Translations under genes and position numbers: made by a program
The notes under the pieces: model-generated
What the model was told of the DNA's origin: nothing
What the model saw: the letters and a program-made list of their open reading frames with translations, nothing else
Databases searched by the model: none
Source of the DNA: Vulcanimicrobiota bacterium
GTDB lineage: Bacteria; Vulcanimicrobiota; Vulcanimicrobiia; Vulcanimicrobiales; Vulcanimicrobiaceae
Assembly (NCBI GenBank): GCA_963695225.1
Contig: OY968762.1
Coordinates: 2,304,001-2,368,000, forward strand
Length of the DNA: 64,000 bases
Direction: 5' to 3'
In this document: positions 11,250-20,001 of the stretch, one piece after another
Layout of the letters: the number at the start of each line of letters is the position of its first letter
How positions within the stretch are numbered: position 1 is the first letter of the stretch

Positions 11250-12422
11250 TCACTTCTGAGTCTTTCGTGAGGTCGTGAGCGAGCCGCCCAGGAGATCGTT
11301 GAAACGAGCGGTGGCTGCTCGTTCGATCTGCTCGACGTGGTGTAGGTAGAGGTTGCCGGTCGTGCCGACTTCGGAATGGCCGAGCCATGTCGAAACGCTC
11401 TTGAGGTCGGCTCCGCTGGCGAGCATGAGCGTGGCCGCAGAGTGCCGCAGATCGTGAAGGCGGACGTGTTCGAGCTTGGCGCTCTTGACGAGCCGCGCGA
11501 AGTGCAGGCTGAGCGGGCCGGGATCGTACGCCGTGCCGTCCGCGCGGTCGAAAACGTAGGCATTGTCATCGCGACCGAGGCCGAGGAGGAGCCGGCGCTC
11601 GTTCTGAGCCTTCCGCTGCGCGCGAAGTGCTTCGACGACGAAGCCGGGGACCGCGATCGTGCGCGCGCTGCGCGCTGTCTTGGGCTCCTTCTCGCGGCGC
11701 TCGCCGTCGACGACCTCGACCGACCGCCGTACGGAGATGCGCGAAGCCTCGAAGTCAACGTCGCGCCAGCGCAAACCGCACAGCTCGCCGCGGCGCAGGC
11801 CGGACCCGACCGCGACGATGATGAGGTTCTCGAGTTCGCTTCCGCGCGCGGCCTCAACGAGGGCTGCGACGCCGGCGGCGTCGAGAGCGCGCATCTCCTT
11901 GCGCTCGACCTTGATCGAGGAAACGGCGTCGGCCGGATTACGGACGAGGATCCCCATGCGGACGGCCCAGCGCAGGGCCGCACGTAGCGTGTCGAGCGCG
12001 TGCTTGACGCTGCGCGGCGATAGCGTGCCCTTTTCCCTATCGTTCCGCGGTCCGGTTGCCCACTTGGCGACGGCCGCTTCGATATGAGCGAGACGCAGTC
12101 GCTCGGCCCGCATGCCGCCAAACGCCGGCACGAGGTAGAGGCGCACGATCGAACCGTAGCGCTGCACGGTCTTCGCGCCGACTCGATGCTCCGTCGCGGC
12201 GAGCCATCCGGTGAAGAGATCCGCGCATGAGGTACGGCCGCCATCGGCGTATCCGCCCGTCTCGACTTCCGCGAGCAGCGCACGGAGACGCCGCTCCGCG
12301 TCGCGCTTCGTGCCGTGCATGACCTCGCGTCGCTGACGGCGCTTGCCGTCTGCGCTTTGCGGCAACTCGACGCGCAGATACCACGAACCAGGTGCGCGGC
12401 CGCGTGCGATGTAGCCCTTCAC
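11250..12422 (-). CDS. int: Tyrosine recombinase/integrase
   Basis: Catalytic 'GLRRGELCGLRW', 'HDLRHSAAT', 'LGHS' and 'Y' residues. N-terminal arm-binding-like region. Confidence 0.95.
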   Translation of the reverse strand: MKGYIARGRAPGSWYLRVELPQSADGKRRQRREVMHGTKRDAERRLRALLAEVETGGYADGGRTSCADLFTGWLAATEHRVGAKTVQRYGSIVRLYLVPAFGGMRAERLRLAHIEAAVAKWATGPRNDREKGTLSPRSVKHALDTLRAALRWAVRMGILVRNPADAVSSIKVERKEMRALDAAGVAALVEAARGSELENLIIVAVGSGLRRGELCGLRWRDVDFEASRISVRRSVEVVDGERREKEPKTARSARTIAVPGFVVEALRAQRKAQNERRLLLGLGRDDNAYVFDRADGTAYDPGPLSLHFARLVKSAKLEHVRLHDLRHSAATLMLASGADLKSVSTWLGHSEVGTTGNLYLHHVEQIERAATARFNDLLGGSLTTSRKTQK

Positions 12423-12617
12423 TAGTCCCCTCCCGTTCGCTCGCCCGCGGCCACGCTAGGGTGGCCTGCGGCGGTCGGCGGCAACGTTCGGCTGAGAGAT
12501 GGAAGCGGTCCTTTGGCGCCACGTTGCCGCGCGCCCTCGGGGCGTCTCTTCAGAGCGAGAAAGCGATCGTGGAGCTCGCGCTCGTTCGCACCGGCGGCTT
12601 TTCCGTCGTTGCATCCC

Positions 12618-12797
12618 TCATCTTTCTCGCTCGGAAAGAAGTCGTTCCAGAGCAGCAATTGGAACGAGAATCCGGCGGCCGATCCGAATCGTCGGAATCT
12701 CGCCGCGTCTGGCCGCCTCGTAGGCCAGGTTACGGCTGATGCCGAGCAGCCGCGCTGCTTCCGCGGTGGTGACGGTGAGTGTTGCGTGGTCTTGCAT
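12618..12797 (-). CDS. Excisionase-like HTH DNA-binding protein (59 aa, absent from the ORF track)
   Basis: Manual translation: MQDHATLTVTTAEAARLLGISRNLAYEAARRGEIPTIRIGRRILVPIAALERLLSERER*. Confidence 0.9.
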   Translation of the reverse strand: MQDHATLTVTTAEAARLLGISRNLAYEAARRGEIPTIRIGRRILVPIAALERLLSERER

Positions 12798-12856
12798 GCC
12801 ACCAACAGTAGCGCACTATTCTAAACACGATGTTACTGGCCGCCAACCGGCGTTGT

Positions 12857-12885
12857 GCTCCTGGGGCTCCTGGGGCTCCTGGGGC
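12857..12885. repeat. 9-bp tandem repeat (GCTCCTGGG)x3 upstream of xis
   Basis: Read directly from the sequence. Confidence 0.8.
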
Positions 12886-12935
12886 GAGGCGTGGCGAGCA
12901 GAGGCGGCGTGCGTCGGCTCAGGCGCCGTCGGGCG

Positions 12936-13229
12936 TTAAGTACGCGCAGTGGTTTGCAGAGGCTTGACTGGGCGCACTTCGGAGCCTTCTGCGTGCTTCG
13001 TCCGCCGCCGTCGCGAGCGATATGACGGCGCTATCGCGCTCACGATCGCGTATCCGACTCGCGCGTCGGTTGTCGCAGCCGGCAACGTGGCCGTGCTGGC
13101 ATCGTCCCGAATCCGGGCCGCAACGCAATCTGAAATCGTCAAGCCAGCTCGCTTGGCTGTTCATCATGTTTCTTTAGCCACGTCAGCAGGGACCGTCAAG
13201 TTCAATTGCACCGTGGTCCTGAGAGGCAT
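12936..13229 (-). pseudogene. Ribbon-helix-helix (MobC/TraJ/CopG-like) gene interrupted by TGA-TGA
   Basis: A GGAGG RBS precedes MPLRTTVQLNLTVPADVAKET**TAKRAGLTISDCVAARIRDD..., all in one frame. The two stops are at 13161-13166. Confidence 0.7.
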
Positions 13230-13259
13230 AGTTAGGCCTCCGTCGCGCCGCTCGTTCCA

Positions 13260-13287
13260 GATGTGCCTAGGCACATCCTATCCTGCC
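13260..13287 (+). other. Putative MOBP/IncP-type origin of transfer (oriT) with nic site
   Basis: Perfect palindrome GATGTGCCTAGGCACATC (13260-13277) is immediately followed by CTATCCTG^CC, matching the RP4 nic motif CCTATCCTG^C. Confidence 0.7.
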
Positions 13288-13345
13288 AATAAACTCCGTT
13301 TCTAGCATAAACGGCGGTCAAAAAAACGGAAAAACAAACGGTAAC

Positions 13346-13515
13346 AAAGCGGACGAGAAAGCGGACGAGAAAGCGGACGAGAAAGCGGACGAGAAAGCGG
13401 ACGAGAAAGCGAACGAGAAAGCGAACGAGAAAGCGGACGAGAAAACGAACGAGAAAACGAACGAGAAAGCGAACGAGAAAGCGGGCGAGAAAAGCGGACG
13501 AGAAAAGCGGACGAG
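13346..13515. repeat. 12-bp tandem array, 14 units, consensus AAAGCG(G/A)ACGAG
   Basis: Twelve 12-bp units (13346-13489) and two 13-bp units. There is no T on the + strand within the array. Confidence 0.95.
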
Positions 13516-13619
13516 AAAAGGAGACGTTGCGGTCGAACGAACAGATGGCGTCGAGTGCGGCGAGGTGGCGCCTGCCAGATGGTGGTAGTGGACGAAGAAT
13601 AAGGACATCGGCGCGAAGC

Positions 13620-13790
13620 GCGCTCGAAGCGTGCTTCGAAGCGGCGAAAGACGCGGAGTTGGTGCTGCAAGCGATCAGCGGAGTCGGAGGCGGCGCTGAT
13701 TATGGAGTTCCGCGAGAAGATCGCCGACTTGCGGATGCGTGACGCGACCTGGGGAGAAGATCGCGGAGCTGCTGCATCCGGTGCCCGGTT
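13620..13790 (+). pseudogene. Degenerate helical ORF remnant divergent from oriT
   Basis: Stitching frames gives ALEACFEAAKDAELVLQAIS / ESEAALIMEFREKIADLRMRDATW / EKIAELL. This needs two frameshifts. Confidence 0.3.
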
Positions 13791-14124
13791 GCGCGAAAGG
13801 ATGCGATTCGAACGGCCATGAAGCGGCCGCTCGCAGTGAATGCAAAAACGACGGCGCAGCGTTGTGAGTTAGGAGAGTGAGCGTGAAGCGACTGGCACCG
13901 TCTCTCCTGGCTGCACTTTTACCCTGCGGTAACCCCCGCGCCATATGGCCGTGTGGAAGCGGTGCTAGACTCCATCCGCATGAGCAGATCATGGACGCTA
14001 TTCATACGAGCTTTTTTTGGTTCCGGTGTGGGCCTGCTAAGATGTCTACTCGCGAGGGCCGCGTCGAGGTGTTTCGCTGCGTCGGCGGAGTTGACGCCAA
14101 TCACGTCGGCCGACCGCAGGCGCC

Positions 14125-15045
14125 TCACGGCAGCTGGAGTAGCCGACTCAGTTCGTCGGCTTGACCCCGCAACTTCTCCGGATTCGTTTTTGCCAATTGT
14201 CGAAGATTCTGCAGCTTCCAGCGAATGGCCGGCAACTGTTCCAGGTGCTCGATCTCGAGCAGGGACCAATCCGGTTCTGCGTAGGCGAGCGAGAGCAAGA
14301 AGTTCCGCTCGTGCGCGCTCAGATTGCTTTGAAGTTCAGCGATCATTCGCTCGCGGGCTGATAGTAGGTCCGCCAGCTCAACCGGGTCGGCGGTCATCCC
14401 GCGGAACGTTCGTTCATATTCCTGAGCAATGTCCTTGCGCGCTGGGAACAACACTTCGTGGATCGGGCGGTTATGGCAGGCGAGGTAGACCACGAAACAC
14501 CGCCGGATACCGGGCGTGATGCCTTCGTGAGAAAAGAGTTGCAGCACGTCGAACAGATCGCGGGGATGCTGCCGGTCCATCGCGGCAACGAGCTTTCCAC
14601 CGTATACATCCTCGAGCGATAGAACGGGTAGTTCCAGATCGGCGAGCAGCACTGCCTTTGCCTTAGGGGTCAGCGATGCAGTCTGCACCGGATGGACGGT
14701 GCCCCGCATGACGAAGTTTACATCTGCTTTGATCTCGATATTACCGCGCCGAACAAACAGTTTGGTTTCGCCTACGTCGTCGGCCTTTGTGACGTGCGCC
14801 TGGAATCCGTTTGCCTCAAGGCGGCTGGCGGCTTCCCGGATCGCTGCGTTGATGGACGCCAGGGCCTCATCGCGAGACAAGCGGTGATCGACAAAGACGA
14901 GATCCAAGTCGATCGATAGTCGCGGCATGTCACGGAAGAACAGGTTGATGGCTGTTCCACCTTTCAACCCGAAGATGCCGCCGGCAAACACAAGGGGCGC
15001 CGCCTGCGTCAGCAGGCGAGCCGTATCGAGATACACCTGATTCAT
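14125..15045 (-). CDS. AbiEii-family nucleotidyltransferase toxin (intact)
   Basis: 'LKGGTAINLF..DMPRLSIDLDL' and 'GKLVAAMDRQHPRDLFD'. ATGA overlap with the upstream antitoxin. Confidence 0.92.
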   Translation of the reverse strand: MNQVYLDTARLLTQAAPLVFAGGIFGLKGGTAINLFFRDMPRLSIDLDLVFVDHRLSRDEALASINAAIREAASRLEANGFQAHVTKADDVGETKLFVRRGNIEIKADVNFVMRGTVHPVQTASLTPKAKAVLLADLELPVLSLEDVYGGKLVAAMDRQHPRDLFDVLQLFSHEGITPGIRRCFVVYLACHNRPIHEVLFPARKDIAQEYERTFRGMTADPVELADLLSARERMIAELQSNLSAHERNFLLSLAYAEPDWSLLEIEHLEQLPAIRWKLQNLRQLAKTNPEKLRGQADELSRLLQLP

Positions 15046-15782
15046 GGTTTCAGCACGAGCAAACCGTGCCTGGATTTGGATACCCAAGGCCGATCGCTAC
15101 CGGTGGGCAGTTTCGTGGCGTCGAGTTTCGAGAACCAGTTCAGCTTCAGTTCGCGGCCGAGCTGCAGGCACAAGCGCACGGTCTTTACGCTCCTGCAATG
15201 GCTCAGCAGCTCATCAAGTGTGTCGGCGCGCAAGTTGTACGTGCCCTCCATGATTTCGCGAGCCTCCTGTAATGGCTGGCGAACGCCGACCTCGCTAAGC
15301 AACTCCAATATGGCACGTTCAGGTGCCGCAACGAGCGGCGCGCCGCTCCGATGCTCGAAGCGGTCAACGCTCAGCGGCTTGCTCGATTGTTCTTCGAACA
15401 ACCGCTTGCGGTGGTACTCGCTAGGGAATTGGCGGACAAACCAATCCGGCAGACGAGCGGCGGTCCAGCCGTACAAGTGCAGAACGTCGTATTGCGAGAC
15501 GTAGTGGCGCACGCCGTACCATTCCAGGGCCGACTTGCCGCCGACGTGCATGCCTTGGATCTTTCGCTCGAGCAAACGTAGGCTGGGGTACAGGGCCAGG
15601 GGATCATCGCCCGGGCGGCAATATACGCCGCGCGCCAGGCGGGTTAACCAGCCTGCGCGTGCGTAATGGACAGCGAGGTCCGCGGATATGCCAAGGTAGG
15701 CCAGGTCGGCTGAAGTCAAAGGGGCCCCCGCCGGCAGGTGAGTGTAGAGCCTCTTTAATTTGCTAGAGCTAATCGTAGCCAT
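15042..15782 (-). CDS. AbiEi-family type IV antitoxin (intact)
   Basis: 'GWLTRLARGVY', 'HVGGKSALEWYG', 'PERAILELL' and 'LLSHCRSVKTVRL'. Confidence 0.9.
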   Translation of the reverse strand: MATISSSKLKRLYTHLPAGAPLTSADLAYLGISADLAVHYARAGWLTRLARGVYCRPGDDPLALYPSLRLLERKIQGMHVGGKSALEWYGVRHYVSQYDVLHLYGWTAARLPDWFVRQFPSEYHRKRLFEEQSSKPLSVDRFEHRSGAPLVAAPERAILELLSEVGVRQPLQEAREIMEGTYNLRADTLDELLSHCRSVKTVRLCLQLGRELKLNWFSKLDATKLPTGSDRPWVSKSRHGLLVLKP

Positions 15783-15848
15783 ACTACGATTATACGGCAC
15801 ATATCAAACCGAAGTCCGTTTTTGATTTATTGGACTTATCGTAGTGTG
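15780..15848. promoter_or_regulatory. Long nested inverted repeat in the abiEi promoter
   Basis: Outer CATACTACGAT ... ATCGTAGTGTG and inner ATCAAA ... TTTGAT. Confidence 0.55.
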
Positions 15849-16083
15849 GGCTGCGATCGCGCCCCCCGTAAGGCGCTTAAATGGCTATAGGCTGCGTGAG
15901 GCCAGCCGCGGCGGCGCAGCGTTCGGACAGCACCCCCGCCCGCTATTGGCTCGAGCGCAAGCGCGCTCTGGATCGCTGGGCTCTCCTCCGTCGCAATACC
16001 GCCTTCGGCCGAATCAGCACGACGGCGCGGAACGTGACATTGTTGAAACAGGCGCTGTATAAGTTCCGTATAACTTTCATATC

Positions 16084-16887
16084 ATGCCAGACAAGCCCGA
16101 CCTGACCCTCGGCCTGCTCGAGCCGTCGCCACTCGGTCCCGTTGCCTGCCAACTTGGCTTCCCCGACGACGGCCGTCGCGGAGCCTCTTCCAAGGAGGGG
16201 TTGGATTTGCAGCGGATCCTAAAGCAGCGCTTTGCCGACTTCGGGACGCTGGCGCCGTTTCAAGAGACCCAGGTTAGTCTTCAAATGGTGGCGGGCGCCG
16301 CGGCCTCGTCGCCGCCCGCCACGCGGCCCGGCTGGCGGATCATCTCGCGTGATAACGTCTGGATCGTGACCCTGCTTGCCGACTCACTGAGTCTTGAATG
16401 CACAAAGTACCCAGGATGGCGGACAGGCTTCCTTGATCGGTGGCTTGCATGTGTCGACGCCCTTGACGCAGTTCTTAGCCCATCGCTTGAGACGCGGCTC
16501 GCTATTCGGTATTTCAATGCTCTGAGTTCACCCGACGCGACCAGGGCGGCTTACTGGATCGGAAAGGTTCGGAACACATTCGCTGGCATTTTGCTTGATG
16601 AGACTTTCCAGCCGAAGCTCGTCAATGTCTTTCAGCGTGGTGTTATGCAGCTTGGTGATGATTTGCAAGGCATTGTGAATATGAACTTTCGCCCCGACGC
16701 TGTGCATGACGGTTGTATTGCGGCCGTGTTCGATATCGAGATTGGACGCACGACGGTTCGTGAGTTCTCTCGGATCTCAATTGGAGGGGTGATGACCAAC
16801 CTACGAGATCAAGCGAATGCGATATTCACGCAGGTTCTAACGGAAGAATATCTAGTTACACTACAGAGAAGAGGCTCTATTGCCTGA
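16084..16887 (+). CDS. TIGR04255-like protein, function unknown
   Basis: 'PLGPVACQLGFP', 'GWRIISRDNVWIVTL...LSLECTKYPGW', 'TRLAIRYFN' and 'FDIEI' follow the TIGR04255 pattern. Confidence 0.75.
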   Translation: MPDKPDLTLGLLEPSPLGPVACQLGFPDDGRRGASSKEGLDLQRILKQRFADFGTLAPFQETQVSLQMVAGAAASSPPATRPGWRIISRDNVWIVTLLADSLSLECTKYPGWRTGFLDRWLACVDALDAVLSPSLETRLAIRYFNALSSPDATRAAYWIGKVRNTFAGILLDETFQPKLVNVFQRGVMQLGDDLQGIVNMNFRPDAVHDGCIAAVFDIEIGRTTVREFSRISIGGVMTNLRDQANAIFTQVLTEEYLVTLQRRGSIA

Positions 16888-17779
16888 AGTAATGCCGGCT
16901 ACTTTCGGCAGAGATACACGGTTCTTTGAAATAATGCGCGGATTCACGCCAGCATCTAATGAGGCGCGCACTGCGGCCACAGCCTCGTTGGAAATCTCGG
17001 AACTTGAACACGTTATCGATGAGCAATATCGCCGTAGGGCTTCTGTACGACCCCCGAGAGAAGTACGATTGCGATCGTATACGTTCTCCCATGGAACTGC
17101 ATTAGGGCAAGGATGGACGATTATTCGACCGCAGGCCGATTGGATCGTCACGGGATCCATAGCTCAATACCTCGGCGCTTCAGAGCCAGGGCAGTTCGAC
17201 ACTGCGGTCTTGGTGGGCGGTGTCAAGACCTCTGGATCCTGGGAAGGCAGCGTCGTTGCAAACATTCGAGCGTCGCTCGACCAGATGGACCGTCCGAAGC
17301 TGGTGCCGGTTACTTCGTCTTCGTCGCTGGGGGCCGACGGTTACGAAGTTGCGCTTGAGGCATCGATGCCGCCGACCCGCGAGGAGACGCTTCGGCGCGT
17401 ACGCGATGACCTTCAAGCTTGGTTTGCCGCTTCGATGGTTGACGTGGCTCGCCTCACAGGAGTCTCCTACGCGACGATCGCCAATCTTGCTAAGAAGACC
17501 CGAGGTCCACGTCCCGGATCCCTGCAGAAGATCTTTGCGGTGTATGATCGAGCGAAGGAACTGCGACGAACGTGGGGCTCCGAATACGCTGACGCCTGGC
17601 TGCGGACTGTTGGTCGAGACACTCTACTTGCGAAAAAGCGAGCGAGATTCGACCGAATGGTCGACGAGATCATATTCCCGCCAACGGCAATTAAACGGAC
17701 GCGGTTTGCCGAGGAATCCGAATTAATGCTCAATCCGGAGTTTGTGCCTCCAAAACCGGCTGGAGCGCGGCGGCGCTAG
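16880..17779 (+). CDS. Hypothetical protein with a C-terminal Xre-like HTH
   Basis: 'SMVDVARLTGVSYATIANLAKKTRGPRPGSLQKI' HTH followed by 'WGSEYADAWLRT'. Overlaps the upstream stop. Start uncertain. Confidence 0.65.
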   Translation: MPEVMPATFGRDTRFFEIMRGFTPASNEARTAATASLEISELEHVIDEQYRRRASVRPPREVRLRSYTFSHGTALGQGWTIIRPQADWIVTGSIAQYLGASEPGQFDTAVLVGGVKTSGSWEGSVVANIRASLDQMDRPKLVPVTSSSSLGADGYEVALEASMPPTREETLRRVRDDLQAWFAASMVDVARLTGVSYATIANLAKKTRGPRPGSLQKIFAVYDRAKELRRTWGSEYADAWLRTVGRDTLLAKKRARFDRMVDEIIFPPTAIKRTRFAEESELMLNPEFVPPKPAGARRR

Positions 17780-18432
17780 TAATGCCGTGATCACTGCCTG
17801 GCTACCAAGGCCATGGCCCGAAGCAATCACAGCAGCGATGCTTCGCTTCCGTCAGGGCCACGTACTGCCTTTCATTGATGGGTGCTACGCTGTTGACTTC
17901 GATAGCGCTTTGTGGCTACCAACGAGCACGTTAGCAGCCAACGGCAACTCCGGCGCAGGCGTCGTCGACATTCCAACCGACGTTTTCCCCTATGTAATGA
18001 TCGTGAGTCAGACGTGCGACGTCACTGAGGAAGGAATGACGCCCCGTTTCCCTTTCGTCGATGCCGTGCCTGTGTATGAGTGCTCGTCGATGTACGATCG
18101 AGGGCAACATAACCAGATTCGCAGGCGTGGATTTCAATATCTCGTCCCTCTGACCGCTCCGAAGTTTGCAGAGGATTCGAAGCTTTGGGTTGCTGATCTG
18201 CGGTTACGTTGGCCTTTTGAGAAGAGTCGACTCGTTAGGTTGGAGCCTATTGTAGCCTTTGCTGATGAGGCTGAGTACGCCGAACTCAGCGAGATCCTAG
18301 CGCCTCGGCGGGCAGCTAAAATCGCACACCTGGGGGCACTTCAAAACCGCACACTACCCGGTGGGCAGTTCAAAATCGCACACCTGATGTAGCCTCGGGC
18401 ACGCCAAGGGTGGCAGCGCGAACAGCGTTGCC

Positions 18433-20001
18433 ATGAACGTACTGGACGTGGCCGATCGAGACCGTATTCTGAACCTGCTGCGCAAGCGCTGGAGCATCCG
18501 GCACGTCGCGCGCGAAACCGGACACCGGCACGAAACGATCCGCCGTTACGGGGTCGAGGCCGGCATCCTGGCGCCAAGGCCGGCAAAAGGTACCACCCCG
18601 GCCGAAGTGGCCGCCGACCCAAAACCGCACACCGAGCCCGAAGTGCCCACCGGGTCGGCTCCAAAACCGCACACCGAGCCCGAAGTGCCCACCGGGTCGA
18701 CGCGCAGCAGCGCCGAGCCGTTTCGGGAGTTCATCGAGGCAGAATTGCGCAAGGGCCGCAACGCCAAGGCGATCTTCCAAGACCTGGTCCTGCATCGCGG
18801 TCACACCGGCTCCTACGACGCGGTGAAGCGGCTGGCTCGCACGTTGCGAAAGCGCGAACCGAAGATCAGTTGCCGCTTCGAAACCGACCCTGGTCAAGAA
18901 GCCCAGGTCGATTACGGCGAAGGCGCGCCTGCGCGCGATCCGCGCACCGGCAAGTATCGCAAACCGCGCCTGTTTGTGATGACGCTTGGCAACAGCCGCC
19001 ACGCGTTTCGCAAAGTCGTCTGGACCTCGTCGACGGAGATCTGGTGCCGGCTGCACGAGGAAGCATTCGCGTACTTCGGCGGCGCGACGCACACGATTCG
19101 CCTCGACAATCTCAAAGAGGGCGTTCTTAAGCCCGACGTTTGGGACCCGCAGCTCAATCCGCTCTACGCCAAGCTGCTCGAACATTACGGCGTTGTTCCG
19201 CTACCCTGTCGGCCGCACGCTCCCGATCTCAAGGGCAAAGTTGAATCGGCGGTCGGCTATACGCAAGGCACGGCCCTGAAGGGAAAGCGCTTTGAGAGCA
19301 TCGAGGACGAGAACGCGCATCTGTTCCAGTGGAACGAGAACTGCGCGGCAACGCGAATCCACGGCACGACCAAGCGGCAAGTGCGGGCGATGTTCGAAGA
19401 GGAGCGGTCGCATCTCTTGCCGCTGCCGGCCAGGCGCTTTGAGTACTACCGCATCTGCGAGCGGACGGTGCACTTTGACGGCTACATCGAAGTCGACGCT
19501 GCCTACTACTCGGCGCCGCCGCGCTACGTTGGTAGCAAGGTGGTCGTGCACGTCGGCAGGCTGTGGCTGCGCATCGTTGATCGCACGACGCACGAATGCC
19601 TGCGCGAGCACACGATCGCGCTGCAGAAAGGCCAGCGCCGGACGCACGAGGCCGATCGCCCGCGGCAGACGCCGATCAGGGTCGAGAAACTGGCCGCTCG
19701 GATCGCCGGAGCGGGGCCCGGCTGCGCGGCCTTTGCGCAAAAGCTGATCGACACTCGCGGCGCGATCGCTCTGCGCGCGCTCTATGGGATGCTGGACCTG
19801 CTGCGCCGCTACGGAGCCGACGACGTCGACCAGGCATGTGCGTTTGCGGCACGATCGGGGATCTCGAGCTTTCGGTTCGTTCGAACATATCTCCAGCACC
19901 ACGCAACGCCGCTGAAACTCAAAGGTGAGCATCACATCATTCCGGAGATCGCGATCTACACAACGCACTTCGCCACCGTTACGCAAGGAGCAACCCCATG
20001 A
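18433..20001 (+). CDS. istA: IS21 transposase
   Basis: 'RFETDPGQEAQVDYG', 'IRLDNLK' and 'KGKVESAV' DDE motifs. Confidence 0.96.
   Translation: MNVLDVADRDRILNLLRKRWSIRHVARETGHRHETIRRYGVEAGILAPRPAKGTTPAEVAADPKPHTEPEVPTGSAPKPHTEPEVPTGSTRSSAEPFREFIEAELRKGRNAKAIFQDLVLHRGHTGSYDAVKRLARTLRKREPKISCRFETDPGQEAQVDYGEGAPARDPRTGKYRKPRLFVMTLGNSRHAFRKVVWTSSTEIWCRLHEEAFAYFGGATHTIRLDNLKEGVLKPDVWDPQLNPLYAKLLEHYGVVPLPCRPHAPDLKGKVESAVGYTQGTALKGKRFESIEDENAHLFQWNENCAATRIHGTTKRQVRAMFEEERSHLLPLPARRFEYYRICERTVHFDGYIEVDAAYYSAPPRYVGSKVVVHVGRLWLRIVDRTTHECLREHTIALQKGQRRTHEADRPRQTPIRVEKLAARIAGAGPGCAAFAQKLIDTRGAIALRALYGMLDLLRRYGADDVDQACAFAARSGISSFRFVRTYLQHHATPLKLKGEHHIIPEIAIYTTHFATVTQGATP
18619..18699 (+). repeat. 39-bp direct repeat (42-bp period) inside istA
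   Basis: CCAAAACCGCACACCGAGCCCGAAGTGCCCACCGGGTCG at 18619 and 18661. Confidence 0.9.

Noticed and set aside
12422..12805. 127-aa ORF upstream of int
   Set aside because: It overlaps the clear excisionase in another frame and has no recognisable motif.
13161..13166. Selenocysteine or TGA recoding in the RHH gene
   Set aside because: Neighbouring genes use TGA as stop, the positions are not Cys-like in an RHH helix, and no SECIS was recognised. Pseudogenisation is simpler.
13346..13515. CRISPR array, or the repeat-derived ORFs 13302-13670 and 13318-13608
   Set aside because: The units are contiguous 12-mers with no spacers and no cas genes are present. The ORFs are low-complexity translations of the repeat.
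17742..18392. ORFs 17742-18392 and 20770-21201 as two independent genes
   Set aside because: They are the two halves of one gene plus IS-end read-through, as shown by the 8-bp target duplication.
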